NCBI RefSeq assembly: GCF_021018745.1
Contig: NZ_CP063846.1
Coordinates: 90,017-114,016 of the forward strand
DNA from: Gloeobacter morelensis MG652769
Lineage (GTDB): Bacteria; Cyanobacteriota; Cyanobacteriia; Gloeobacterales; Gloeobacteraceae
Reading direction: 5' to 3'
Length of the DNA: 24,000 bases
The position numbers and the translations under genes were made by a program. The notes beneath the pieces were generated by a model. That model was not told the DNA's origin and made no database searches. It was given only the letters and a program-made list of their open reading frames with translations. Every line of letters begins with the position of its first letter. The first letter of the stretch is position 1. This document shows positions 14,478-22,382 of the stretch, one piece after another.

Positions 14478-15163
14478 TGGCATCAAAATCTCACCCCCGA
14501 GACACATCCCCCAGAGGAGTGGATCCGCGCAGCTTGCGGATTCAAAACTTGCTTACAGCACAGATCCTGGCTCTTGTCCGAGCACAGATCCATCGCTATG
14601 GCCGCCTGCCGGCTCTCGACGCGGAAGAGCTCAGCCAATCTATCCGTATCGCCGTCTGGAAGGTGCTCGAATCGTCGGATCAGCTTGCCGAGTCACTGCC
14701 ACCGCGCGAATTAAGCAGACGGATTTACAACAAGCTGGTGCCGTTGTTGTTGAACGAAGGCACCGAACGTCTCGGGCTGGGACTGGCCAGACGCAACGGT
14801 CGTTTCGCGAGCCGCTGTCGCCTAGTCGGCCTGCAATTTAGCGAAAAACTGCAATATAACTGCAGTATTGACGCAGACGAGGGCACTCTGGATCAAGTCG
14901 CTGCGCAATGGGCTTTGCACAGGCTGCGAATCCGGCTTCGCAAGCTGCTAAGCGTGCGTACAAAACGTGGATTGCTTAAGAGCCTGGGTCAATTGGGAAC
15001 CGGCCAGATATGCAGTCTGCTGTATAAATCGAGGCCCCTACAATCCCTGTTGCGCTCCACCGCCTCGGAGGTGGGTTCGCCCTTTGTCGCATTGAGCCTA
15101 CTCAAACAAGCGCTAGGCGAGGTCCAGGCCGAACTGAGCAAGGGAAACCGCGATGCTGGATAA
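14474..15163 (+). CDS. hypothetical protein, divergent sigma-70/ECF-like (paralog 2)
   Basis: 229 aa. LDAEELSQSIRIAVWKVLE...RIYNKLVPLLLNEGTERLGLGLARRNGRF parallels paralog 1. Start is GTG 14474 or ATG 14477, overlapping the upstream TGA (gTGAtg). Confidence 0.55.
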   Translation: MMASKSHPRDTSPRGVDPRSLRIQNLLTAQILALVRAQIHRYGRLPALDAEELSQSIRIAVWKVLESSDQLAESLPPRELSRRIYNKLVPLLLNEGTERLGLGLARRNGRFASRCRLVGLQFSEKLQYNCSIDADEGTLDQVAAQWALHRLRIRLRKLLSVRTKRGLLKSLGQLGTGQICSLLYKSRPLQSLLRSTASEVGSPFVALSLLKQALGEVQAELSKGNRDAG

Positions 15164-16613
15164 GCCTTGTCTTCTCAAGCGAAGCTCCGGGATGCTGCCG
15201 TCTGCAGTCGGCAGAGGGATAGGTAGCGGGCCGTTGCAAAAACGGCCCAAGCCTGTCGAACGGGGATCGATGCTCCTGAGGCAGGCGGGTACGTTTTTGA
15301 CGCTATTGACTGCTTTTGCGCTCTGCCTGCCTGTGGCTGCCCAGCAGCCCCCTGCGGACCCCTACGACCCGTCGCAACTGAAGCTTGAGCAATTCAAGGA
15401 GATCTACGAAAACCAGACCATCACGGCACTTCCGGGAATCGAGGATCTTAAGCTCGGAGATCTCGGTACGGGCGACACCCCTATCGGCGAAATACCCGGC
15501 TTGAAGGATCTGACGCTCGGTCAGATCCCCGGTTTCGACCCTACCGAGTACGGCATCCCCGCAGACGGAACCAGCGGCATTTGCAGAAACGGTATCTGCC
15601 CGACCGCCGATTGGGAAGATATGACCATTGAGGAGGCGATCGATGCGGGCTATCTGCCCGAGGATCTGCTTACAGAACCGGTATCCGCACTGCCGGGACT
15701 CTCAGAAGTCACCCTCGGCCAGATTCCGGGCATCGACTCTGTGAACCTGGATCAAATCCCCGGCCTCGGCTCGACTCTGCTTTCGAACATCCCCCTCGAT
15801 TGCTTCTTCCCTCAGCTGACGGATCACGTCAACACCGACTACGGCGGCTTCACCGAATTTGCCACTCCCCCCCAGCGTTTCAAGGTCGGCCAGGAAAAAA
15901 CCTGCGGCAACATCAAAATTCGCCACAGCCGCGTGGACGAAGCAAAGGGCCAGGGTTACTTCGAGCTGTATGTCTGGACCCCCTGCGGTCCAGGTTGCTA
16001 TTTCTGGGCCGGGCCTTTCCCCTGGCAAACTGCCATCGAAGAATCCGGAGGCGGCAACGGATGGTGGCTCGGTCCTATGGGAGGGTATACCACCACTGAC
16101 ACCAAAGGCGGTACGGTTGCCCCCCCGCCACCGCCCCCCAAGGGAAAACCCGCCCCGGTGGAAAAACCTAAACCGGTCCCCACCGCCGGCACCAAAACTC
16201 AGCGCATTGCTGCCACCGCAAAAGATCAGCTCAATAAATTCTGTACCCGAAACATCGAGGGCACTAAAAACGGGAGGCTCGGTTGCGCCGCCGCCGTCAA
16301 CGGCATTGTGCAGATAGCGACCGGCAAACAAGTTGGTGGAGGGCTAAGCACGGCCTTGATGGACGCCGCGATGCGCAACGGGTCGGGCACTGCCATCTCT
16401 TCTTCCCAGGCGGTGGCAGGAGACATTGTTATTTCTCCCACGGTGGGCGACAACACCGGCCATGTCGGCTTCTGCCTGAGCAATGGCTGCACCGTCATCG
16501 GTTCAAATTCCAGCAACGTCGGTTGCTACAAGCAAAATTTTACCCTCTCAAGCTGGCTTTCTTACTACCAGTCAAAAAAGGGCTTGGCGGTGAAATTTTA
16601 CCGGGTCAAATAA
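15153..16613 (+). CDS. secreted cell-wall hydrolase: signal peptide, IPG-repeat region, proline-rich linker, C-terminal CHAP/NlpC-P60-like domain
   Basis: Signal/TM segment LLRQAGTFLTLLTAFALCLPVAAQQ. The true start may be ATG 15270. Repeats of (I/L)PG(L/I)xDLxLGQIPG. Linker APPPPPPKGKPAPVEKPKPVP. Catalytic-type Cys in GRLGCAAAVNGIV and His in GDNTGHVGFCLS, with GDIVIS between them. Confidence 0.8.
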   Translation: MLDKPCLLKRSSGMLPSAVGRGIGSGPLQKRPKPVERGSMLLRQAGTFLTLLTAFALCLPVAAQQPPADPYDPSQLKLEQFKEIYENQTITALPGIEDLKLGDLGTGDTPIGEIPGLKDLTLGQIPGFDPTEYGIPADGTSGICRNGICPTADWEDMTIEEAIDAGYLPEDLLTEPVSALPGLSEVTLGQIPGIDSVNLDQIPGLGSTLLSNIPLDCFFPQLTDHVNTDYGGFTEFATPPQRFKVGQEKTCGNIKIRHSRVDEAKGQGYFELYVWTPCGPGCYFWAGPFPWQTAIEESGGGNGWWLGPMGGYTTTDTKGGTVAPPPPPPKGKPAPVEKPKPVPTAGTKTQRIAATAKDQLNKFCTRNIEGTKNGRLGCAAAVNGIVQIATGKQVGGGLSTALMDAAMRNGSGTAISSSQAVAGDIVISPTVGDNTGHVGFCLSNGCTVIGSNSSNVGCYKQNFTLSSWLSYYQSKKGLAVKFYRVK

Positions 16614-16675
16614 ATGTCCTTCCACCCCACACCCACGACCACGATCGCTTCAAACCACCACACCGGAGATACAAC

Positions 16676-17443
16676 ATGGTCCAAAATATGCCAATTGATA
16701 TCGCAGCGGAACTGCGCGCCTTCGAGTCCGACGAATTTGAGACTACAGGTAGCCGGCCCTACTGCCAGTGGTTCAACGACGAGCACGACGGCGGGTTGCT
16801 CATCAAATTCGACGACGCGATGGCCATCGATCTCGACACGGATCTAGCTGAAGGACACGGCTACCGCTGTATCGAGCGCGTCTTCGGTTACGAAGAGGAC
16901 GCAGAGCCTGTCGAATGTCTGGTAACGGACAAACCCATTTTGTGCGTGCTGCGCAAGGGCGAACTGCGCATGTACGAACGTGCCGCAAGCGGTGAGATCG
17001 GCGACTACATCGGCCCGTTTCAGTCGGGTGCTTACGACAGCGAGAAGCACGTCGTCAAAACCCGTTATCTGGTGCATCTTCTGGTGATGGCCGAAGCGGG
17101 CTATACGCTGCTGAACACCGAACCTTTGCTGATGACTTTGAAGGGCACAGTGGGTGCACAGTTCGGCAGCCGCGGCGGCCCGCTCGACACACTCGAAGCG
17201 GCGATCCGCCGCTTCCACGGCAAAGGGGGGAAAAGCCGTGTGCCACCCTTCGCTTTTGCACTCCATCTGACGACCCGTCCCGAGCAGAAGACCGACAAAC
17301 AGGGCAAATCCTACTGGGTGACCAACATCGAGAAGCCTCCGGCGATAGGCTCCCAGGAGGCGCTGGGGACTTTCTGGGTGGGCAGGGAGAACCTTGAAGC
17401 GATGATGTTGGTCTACGAGCAGCACAAAGACGTCAGTCTGTAG
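16676..17443 (+). CDS. hypothetical protein (255 aa)
   Basis: ATG 16676 with GGAGA 7 nt upstream (MVQNMPIDIAAELRAFESDEF...). The track's 386-aa version extends upstream through the CHAP gene in another frame with Arg/His-rich junk. No family recognised. Confidence 0.7.
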   Translation: MVQNMPIDIAAELRAFESDEFETTGSRPYCQWFNDEHDGGLLIKFDDAMAIDLDTDLAEGHGYRCIERVFGYEEDAEPVECLVTDKPILCVLRKGELRMYERAASGEIGDYIGPFQSGAYDSEKHVVKTRYLVHLLVMAEAGYTLLNTEPLLMTLKGTVGAQFGSRGGPLDTLEAAIRRFHGKGGKSRVPPFAFALHLTTRPEQKTDKQGKSYWVTNIEKPPAIGSQEALGTFWVGRENLEAMMLVYEQHKDVSL

Positions 17444-17453
17444 AAAATGTCCA

Positions 17454-17490
17454 CCGTTACCCGAGATAATTTATAGATCTCGGGTAACGG
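17454..17490. repeat. perfect 14-bp stem-loop between two genes
   Basis: CCGTTACCCGAGAT-aatttatag-ATCTCGGGTAACGG, starting 11 nt after the stop at 17443. No T-run follows on either strand. Confidence 0.9.
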
Positions 17491-17513
17491 CCCACCGACG
17501 ATCCGAGGTGACC

Positions 17514-17984
17514 ATGCTCACAAAAACTTTGCTCCCATCGCTGATGTTCCTGGCGCTTATCCCCTGGGCGCCAGCTGCCGAATCTTTCCCCGCACAGCTG
17601 CTTCCATGTCTTGAGCGCGGGGCCACCAATCCCACGGTGGTGGCCCGCGCTCAAGCCGAGCCGGTGCTCGAATACTGGATCGTCGCCGCCTCCGTGGGTG
17701 AGGGTGGGGGCGAGTACCTGGTCACGCTCAAAAACGGTAAGTGCACTTTTGTCGGGGCGGACAATACCGTCTGGCCCCTCTCGCAGTGGGGCGTGCAGCG
17801 TCCGCTCGCGCGCGCCCTCGCCCTCGACGCCTCCAAACGCGAGCTAGCTCAGACCTCCGGGGGACTTACCACCATCCAGAAGCGGATCGACAGCGCCCCC
17901 GCCTACCAACTGGAATGGATGGCCCCGGAGCAAGTCTGGGCTTACGAACAAATCGGCATCAAATTCAAAAGGAAATCGAAATGA
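17514..17984 (+). CDS. secreted hypothetical protein
   Basis: Signal peptide MLTKTLLPSLMFLALIPWAPAAE. GAGG lies 5 nt upstream of ATG 17514, with an alternative GTG at 17508. The stop overlaps the next start (ATGA at 17981). Confidence 0.7.
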   Translation: MLTKTLLPSLMFLALIPWAPAAESFPAQLLPCLERGATNPTVVARAQAEPVLEYWIVAASVGEGGGEYLVTLKNGKCTFVGADNTVWPLSQWGVQRPLARALALDASKRELAQTSGGLTTIQKRIDSAPAYQLEWMAPEQVWAYEQIGIKFKRKSK

Positions 17985-18703
17985 AAAGTTCCTCACCATT
18001 CTGGATGGGAGTTTGGGTCGGGTTTGTCACCTCTTCAATAATAGCATTGACAATCTCACACGACTTATCACAAAAGTTCGATAAGATCCTTGACATCGAA
18101 CGCACTCTCGACAAGGTGTCTTTGGTAGTTCTGGCCGCCCAAGAAGCCAAAGAATCTGGAGTGGACCCCATGCGGTGGAATACGGCCAGACCGGTCCGCG
18201 CACTCGGCGAGTGGCCAAAGGCGGACATGGGCCGCAAGGAGCTGTGCGAATCGCTCCGCTCGCCCGATGATTTCGCGTTCGGCGGACGGCAGGTCGATGA
18301 CCATCTTCGACTAACAATCCTGTCCATTCGACTGGGTGTCTGTCAGAGCCTGCCCAATTCCATGGCCGAGGCGTTTGGAGGATTTTCTTGGAAAGTCGGC
18401 GCTCCGCTCACCCCTGCTGTCATCGGCCAAGCCGCTCTCAACTTTCCGGACAAGACGATTGCCGAAGCACAACTTCGCGGGGACAAAGCCTACACTGCGG
18501 CCCTTGAAAGGGCTGTGGAGCAGGCCGACTATTTGGCCGAAGAGCTCAAGCAGTTGAAATCTAATGCAGGCTGGTTCCGGCACCTCTTCGGCACCGCCCT
18601 GCCGACACAAGTAGATGGCTATCTGAATGCGTTTGACGAAGAAGTCAAACGGGTGGATTTTTTTACGCGCGAACTAACAGGCAAGGTGGAGATTCGACGG
18701 TGA
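17981..18703 (+). CDS. membrane-anchored hypothetical protein (240 aa)
   Basis: Starts at MKSSSPFWMGVWVGFVTSSIIALTI (N-terminal TM). The ATGA overlap with the upstream gene supports this start. The track's longer 17741 start overlaps the previous CDS. Confidence 0.7.
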   Translation: MKSSSPFWMGVWVGFVTSSIIALTISHDLSQKFDKILDIERTLDKVSLVVLAAQEAKESGVDPMRWNTARPVRALGEWPKADMGRKELCESLRSPDDFAFGGRQVDDHLRLTILSIRLGVCQSLPNSMAEAFGGFSWKVGAPLTPAVIGQAALNFPDKTIAEAQLRGDKAYTAALERAVEQADYLAEELKQLKSNAGWFRHLFGTALPTQVDGYLNAFDEEVKRVDFFTRELTGKVEIRR

Positions 18704-18872
18704 GCCATCCAAGCCCGGTACGTGTGGTTGATGTGGGATTGAAAGCCGCTGAGCCTCCGAAGCAAACGGTCGGAGTACGACGGCTGTTGAAACCGCATAG
18801 GATCCGATCCCGAAGGCGAGTACGCCAGCACGGAGCGGCTGCCTACCCTTCAGGTTGACAGGAGAAGTACCA

Positions 18873-19508
18873 ATGTTACTTTGCGAATTGGTCGCGCTTG
18901 TTGTGATCTGGTTCTTGTGCTCCGCCGCAGTATTCTTTGCAAACGTCTACGGGAATTTGCCGGCCATAGCGGATTACGTTGCCAAAGACCAGCACCTCAC
19001 CCACCTGCTACCCTTCTTCGCTATTCTGGCGGCTCTTTGCGCCTTTGCCAAAGTGTATGCCATGGCCTGCTGGATGCTGTCGGCCTTGCTCCTGTGCAAA
19101 GGGTTGAAGCTTAGGGGCGCCGGAGCGCCCCTAACATGGAATCTCGTCTGGTCGTTGCTATACCTGGGGTTTTCTACACCTTTGCCCCACGGCGGAGTGT
19201 TTGGTGGTCCGACAAAGTTCCAGCGGCGCATTCTGGAACTTTTCAATCCGTTCGAGAGACTCAGCTGCCAGCAGATCGCAGATAGGCTCACCTCAAGCGG
19301 AGGGGAACTACCGTTGATGGACGAGACCGTCTTCGTCCAGACGGCGATGCTCGCCTACAAGGATCTGCTCGACTGGGAGCCAGGATTTACAGGCCACTGG
19401 AAAGTGACGATCTATTTCACCCTGAACAACAAGGGCATCAGCGCGCGCAGGGAAGTCAAAGCGAAGATTAAACAAACATCCTCAACTGAAGGAGCGATAG
19501 CAACTTGA
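18873..19508 (+). CDS. membrane protein with C-terminal winged-helix-like domain
   Basis: ATG 18873 with GGAGAAG 5 nt upstream. Three to four hydrophobic helices come first. Then FQRRILELFNPFERLSCQQIADRLTSSG resembles an ArsR/MarR-type wHTH. Confidence 0.65.
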   Translation: MLLCELVALVVIWFLCSAAVFFANVYGNLPAIADYVAKDQHLTHLLPFFAILAALCAFAKVYAMACWMLSALLLCKGLKLRGAGAPLTWNLVWSLLYLGFSTPLPHGGVFGGPTKFQRRILELFNPFERLSCQQIADRLTSSGGELPLMDETVFVQTAMLAYKDLLDWEPGFTGHWKVTIYFTLNNKGISARREVKAKIKQTSSTEGAIAT

Positions 19509-19876
19509 ACACGAAGAACGTACCACAAAATCAACTTGTCGACAGAATCCCCAAAATCATGTTGTACGGCGGGCATCCCAAACTGCGCACCCACATCGAA
19601 CGGCTTCTACCAGAGTTAAAAATGGACCTGGTGTGGCATTCTGGCACCGACCGCGCACTGACTCAAAGCTATTCGTCCGCGGAAGGAGCAGATCTGCTCG
19701 TGCTCATAACTTCCATGGTCTCCCACAAGTATTTTCACAAAGTAAGAAGGGCAAGCGAGCAGTTTGGTGTACCAATGGCGTACTACAACGGCAAAGGGGC
19801 AGCCGGTTTGCAGCAATTTTTGATCGATCAAATTTATCTGCACAAATTGAAAAGAGACAGCGAGGATTCCCAATGA
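19505..19876 (+). CDS. DUF2325-like protein
   Basis: IMLYGGHP...VWHSG...ADLLVLITSMVSHKYFHKVRRASEQFGVPMAYYNGKGAAGLQQFL matches the remembered DUF2325 pattern (GG...H.G...aDlvv.t..vSH...k..ak..g.P). Start is TTG 19505 (TTGA overlap) or ATG 19559. Confidence 0.65.
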   Translation: MNTKNVPQNQLVDRIPKIMLYGGHPKLRTHIERLLPELKMDLVWHSGTDRALTQSYSSAEGADLLVLITSMVSHKYFHKVRRASEQFGVPMAYYNGKGAAGLQQFLIDQIYLHKLKRDSEDSQ

Positions 19877-20322
19877 ATCTATTGATGGTAGCTACAATCA
19901 GTTGGTTTGCAATTCTTCTATTACCCGCTACTTTAAGAATTGCTCCCGTGCTGACTGACTACGCCAAGTTTCTTTCCGAAATCGCTCGAAGAACAAAATC
20001 TTTGAAGTCTTCAACTCCCCCATCGGTTACACAACAGAATAGCCAAGTTTGGAAAAAAGAAACTTGGACCTCTGCGGTTTTCAATGTGTCTGCCGTACTC
20101 GTTTTCGTAGCTTGGGGTTATGTTTTAATCGATACGAACTCGTTGATGAAAATCGCTTTAATTCTGTTGATTGCAGCGGAGCCCGTCGGCTGGGTGTATG
20201 CCACCAACGACCTTGCATGGGCGGGTTCAATAAGGCTTGTCAGACCGCTGTTTACCACCGTCTGGGCAGTACTATGGGCAGCATTCTTGATTTCGTTGAT
20301 TGCATTTTCATCAAGCCAGTAG
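19873..20322 (+). CDS. integral membrane hypothetical protein (about 4 TM)
   Basis: MNLLMVATISWFAILLLPATL..., with an ATGA overlap with the upstream stop. Four hydrophobic segments. Confidence 0.7.
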   Translation: MNLLMVATISWFAILLLPATLRIAPVLTDYAKFLSEIARRTKSLKSSTPPSVTQQNSQVWKKETWTSAVFNVSAVLVFVAWGYVLIDTNSLMKIALILLIAAEPVGWVYATNDLAWAGSIRLVRPLFTTVWAVLWAAFLISLIAFSSSQ

Positions 20323-20334
20323 AGAGGTAAAATC

Positions 20335-20865
20335 GTGATGCAGACACCAAAGTTCAGACTTTTCGAAGGTGAAACAATCATCTTAACTATTAGGCCATTC
20401 ATCTGGATGTATATTGCCGCAGGCCCTGCTGTTTTGATTGCCGGAATCACAGGTGTCCCCTTGGCTGCCGCCATTGCTCCCCAGATATTCGAACTCGCTT
20501 CCTCTATGAGTGTGTTCGTTGTCGTGGCGGGGACGCTTCTCACACTATGGCAATGGTTGTGCTGGCACAACACTATCTATGTGCTCACTACCCACCGGCT
20601 TGCCGTCAGACACGGCGTGCTCAACGTTTTCAAACGAAACATCGACCTGTGCAACATACAGGATGTCGAATCTCAACTTCTGTGGGGTTTCGATTTTGGT
20701 CATGTCAACGTTGAAACCGCAGGCAATTCATCGAACGCCGATCTGCGGTGGATCGAAAATGCGCAGTCGGTAGAAGAACAAATACTTGAAGCCGCAGACG
20801 CGCGTAAACGCAAGACCAGTTGGCGCGGAGGGCTCTACGCCTTGGGAGAGGACAACGATGATTAA
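20335..20865 (+). CDS. bPH2 (YdbS/YdbT-like bacterial PH domain) membrane protein
   Basis: Two N-terminal TM helices, then IYVLTTHRLAVRHGVLNVFKRNIDLCNIQDVESQLLWGFDFGHVNVETAG, which is the bPH_2 pattern. GAGAGG upstream. Start is GTG 20335 or ATG 20338. Confidence 0.7.
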   Translation: MMQTPKFRLFEGETIILTIRPFIWMYIAAGPAVLIAGITGVPLAAAIAPQIFELASSMSVFVVVAGTLLTLWQWLCWHNTIYVLTTHRLAVRHGVLNVFKRNIDLCNIQDVESQLLWGFDFGHVNVETAGNSSNADLRWIENAQSVEEQILEAADARKRKTSWRGGLYALGEDNDD

Positions 20866-21187
20866 CACCGAACTAGAGCGGTTCTTATTGGTCGCTATCT
20901 CTCACACCAGCTACGACCTGACTTCCCGCACGAAGTGGGAACACGAACGCTCAGCTGAGCGGTACACACCCGTTGCCCTGCGGGCAGTACAGCGACTAAG
21001 GGAGCAAACGCCGCAAGCCCTATCGTCAAAGGCAGCTAGCGCTTGCTTGGCGGCAAGTCGGTTGCGGCGTAGTTCCACGTATCAAGGGTGTTCATTCCAC
21101 GAATCGTCGAAAACAGAATCGCAAAGAGAAGCTCCCAAAAAAAGTAGGAAAACCACCTGGAGGAGAAGTCATGGCCGACTTTATTGA
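20858..21187 (+). CDS. small basic hypothetical protein (109 aa)
   Basis: ATG 20858 overlaps the end of the upstream gene by 8 nt. It fills an otherwise 300-nt gap in a tightly packed operon. No motif, and the C-terminus is very basic. Confidence 0.45.
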   Translation: MINTELERFLLVAISHTSYDLTSRTKWEHERSAERYTPVALRAVQRLREQTPQALSSKAASACLAASRLRRSSTYQGCSFHESSKTESQREAPKKSRKTTWRRSHGRLY

Positions 21188-21758
21188 TGGAGAAAAGAAG
21201 AAAGTAAATTGGTTGCCACTTACGATAGGAGGTGGGGTTGGGATACTGATAATTGCACTGGGAATGTTTGTTTTAACAGCAAACCCAAGAAATGAGCAAA
21301 CCCAACAAGTAGAATTAAACGAGTACAAGAATGTGCGAAAGTATTCCTTTGACCTGACAGGGCAGTATTTTTGCTACAGTCAATTGAGTAATCTTCCGCC
21401 GGTATATTACCAGCTAATGCTGACACAAACTCAAAACAAGATAACTGGTGAAGCAAGCATACTCGGTGGTAGCACCGGTACATTTGCAGGGAATGTAGAT
21501 GGTCTTGGGCGACTCCAGTTCGACTTGACACAAGTCGATTCGAAAGGGGCGGGAATCTTGCCAAACCTGCCGATACCCGGCATGGGGAGCGGGAGCAAGA
21601 CAACGATCTTTTCTTTCGTAGGTTACCACAGCAAGGTTGGCACGAACGCACGCCTCACAGGATTCAGTAAGAACCAAACGGCCTCGAACGAAATGGATGC
21701 GAAGTCCAGAGAATTTTATTGCTCGACAACAAGACCTGGTTTTTGGGGAAACAACTAG
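21171..21758 (+). CDS. membrane-anchored hypothetical protein (195 aa)
   Basis: ATG 21171 preceded by the strong GGAGGAGAAG. N-terminal TM segment WLPLTIGGGVGILIIALGMFVL, then a Gly/Thr/Ser-rich, probably beta-rich, extracytoplasmic part. Confidence 0.75.
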   Translation: MADFIDGEKKKVNWLPLTIGGGVGILIIALGMFVLTANPRNEQTQQVELNEYKNVRKYSFDLTGQYFCYSQLSNLPPVYYQLMLTQTQNKITGEASILGGSTGTFAGNVDGLGRLQFDLTQVDSKGAGILPNLPIPGMGSGSKTTIFSFVGYHSKVGTNARLTGFSKNQTASNEMDAKSREFYCSTTRPGFWGNN

Positions 21759-22372
21759 TGTCCGAAGGCGTGTGGGCTGCGATGAAAGACATGGCGATCG
21801 ATCGAGTCGTCTCCAGGAAGCAGTTAGTGGACCGCTATGGGGCATCCGCGTATCGCCATATCCAAAAATCGGTGCAAGATGGGATGGTGGCAAAGCATGA
21901 TTTTCGTTGCAGCTCTGGTCGAATAAAAAGTTGTTACCATCTCACCAAAATGGGTAGAGCGGCGATCGCATCAAGGGAAGATATAGTACCAAGCCGAATT
22001 CCGTATACCGTGGGATTTAAAGGACATATCCTTCATACATTGGCGGTTGGTGAAACAAGATACAGATTATCTTGCCAGGGTTATGAAATCGTGGCTGATT
22101 ACAGCAATAGTGTAGAGAAATTTACCAATAAAATCTTCGGTGATCAGGCAGATCTGTACATCATCAAAGAAGGTAAGCCAGTGGTGGCCGTCGAAATCGA
22201 CAGGGGTTATAGGCCCAAAGAGGTGGTAACGAAGCTAAGCGAATGGCGCTTCAGGGATTTGGAGGTATGGTGGTTTGCCGAGGGAATCGGTCGAGCACAA
22301 AAACTTGAAAAAGGCGGATTTGAATTCGATAGATTGTATGACCTGGATAAACTAGGGTGGAGGTATTGCTGA
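21758..22372 (+). CDS. Replic_Relax-like protein (wHTH plus nuclease-like core), paralog 1
   Basis: N-terminal wHTH-like segment (VVSRKQLVDRYGAS...VQDGMVAK). The HILHTLAVGETRYRL motif is typical of replication-relaxation family proteins as I recall them. Acidic motif DLYIIKEGKPVVAVEIDRGY. The start is uncertain (TTG 21719, GTG 21758, ATG 21782). Confidence 0.55.
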   Translation: MSEGVWAAMKDMAIDRVVSRKQLVDRYGASAYRHIQKSVQDGMVAKHDFRCSSGRIKSCYHLTKMGRAAIASREDIVPSRIPYTVGFKGHILHTLAVGETRYRLSCQGYEIVADYSNSVEKFTNKIFGDQADLYIIKEGKPVVAVEIDRGYRPKEVVTKLSEWRFRDLEVWWFAEGIGRAQKLEKGGFEFDRLYDLDKLGWRYC

Positions 22373-22382
22373 GGGCTCTGCA

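Noticed and set aside
16283-16675. Upstream extension of the 16676-17443 gene (386-aa track ORF). The same applies to the 17741-17980 extension of the 17981 gene and the 19633-19872 extension of the 19873 gene.
   Set aside because: Each extension overlaps the preceding, well-supported CDS in another frame and encodes Arg/His-rich sequence. The internal ATGs have an RBS or ATGA-type coupling.
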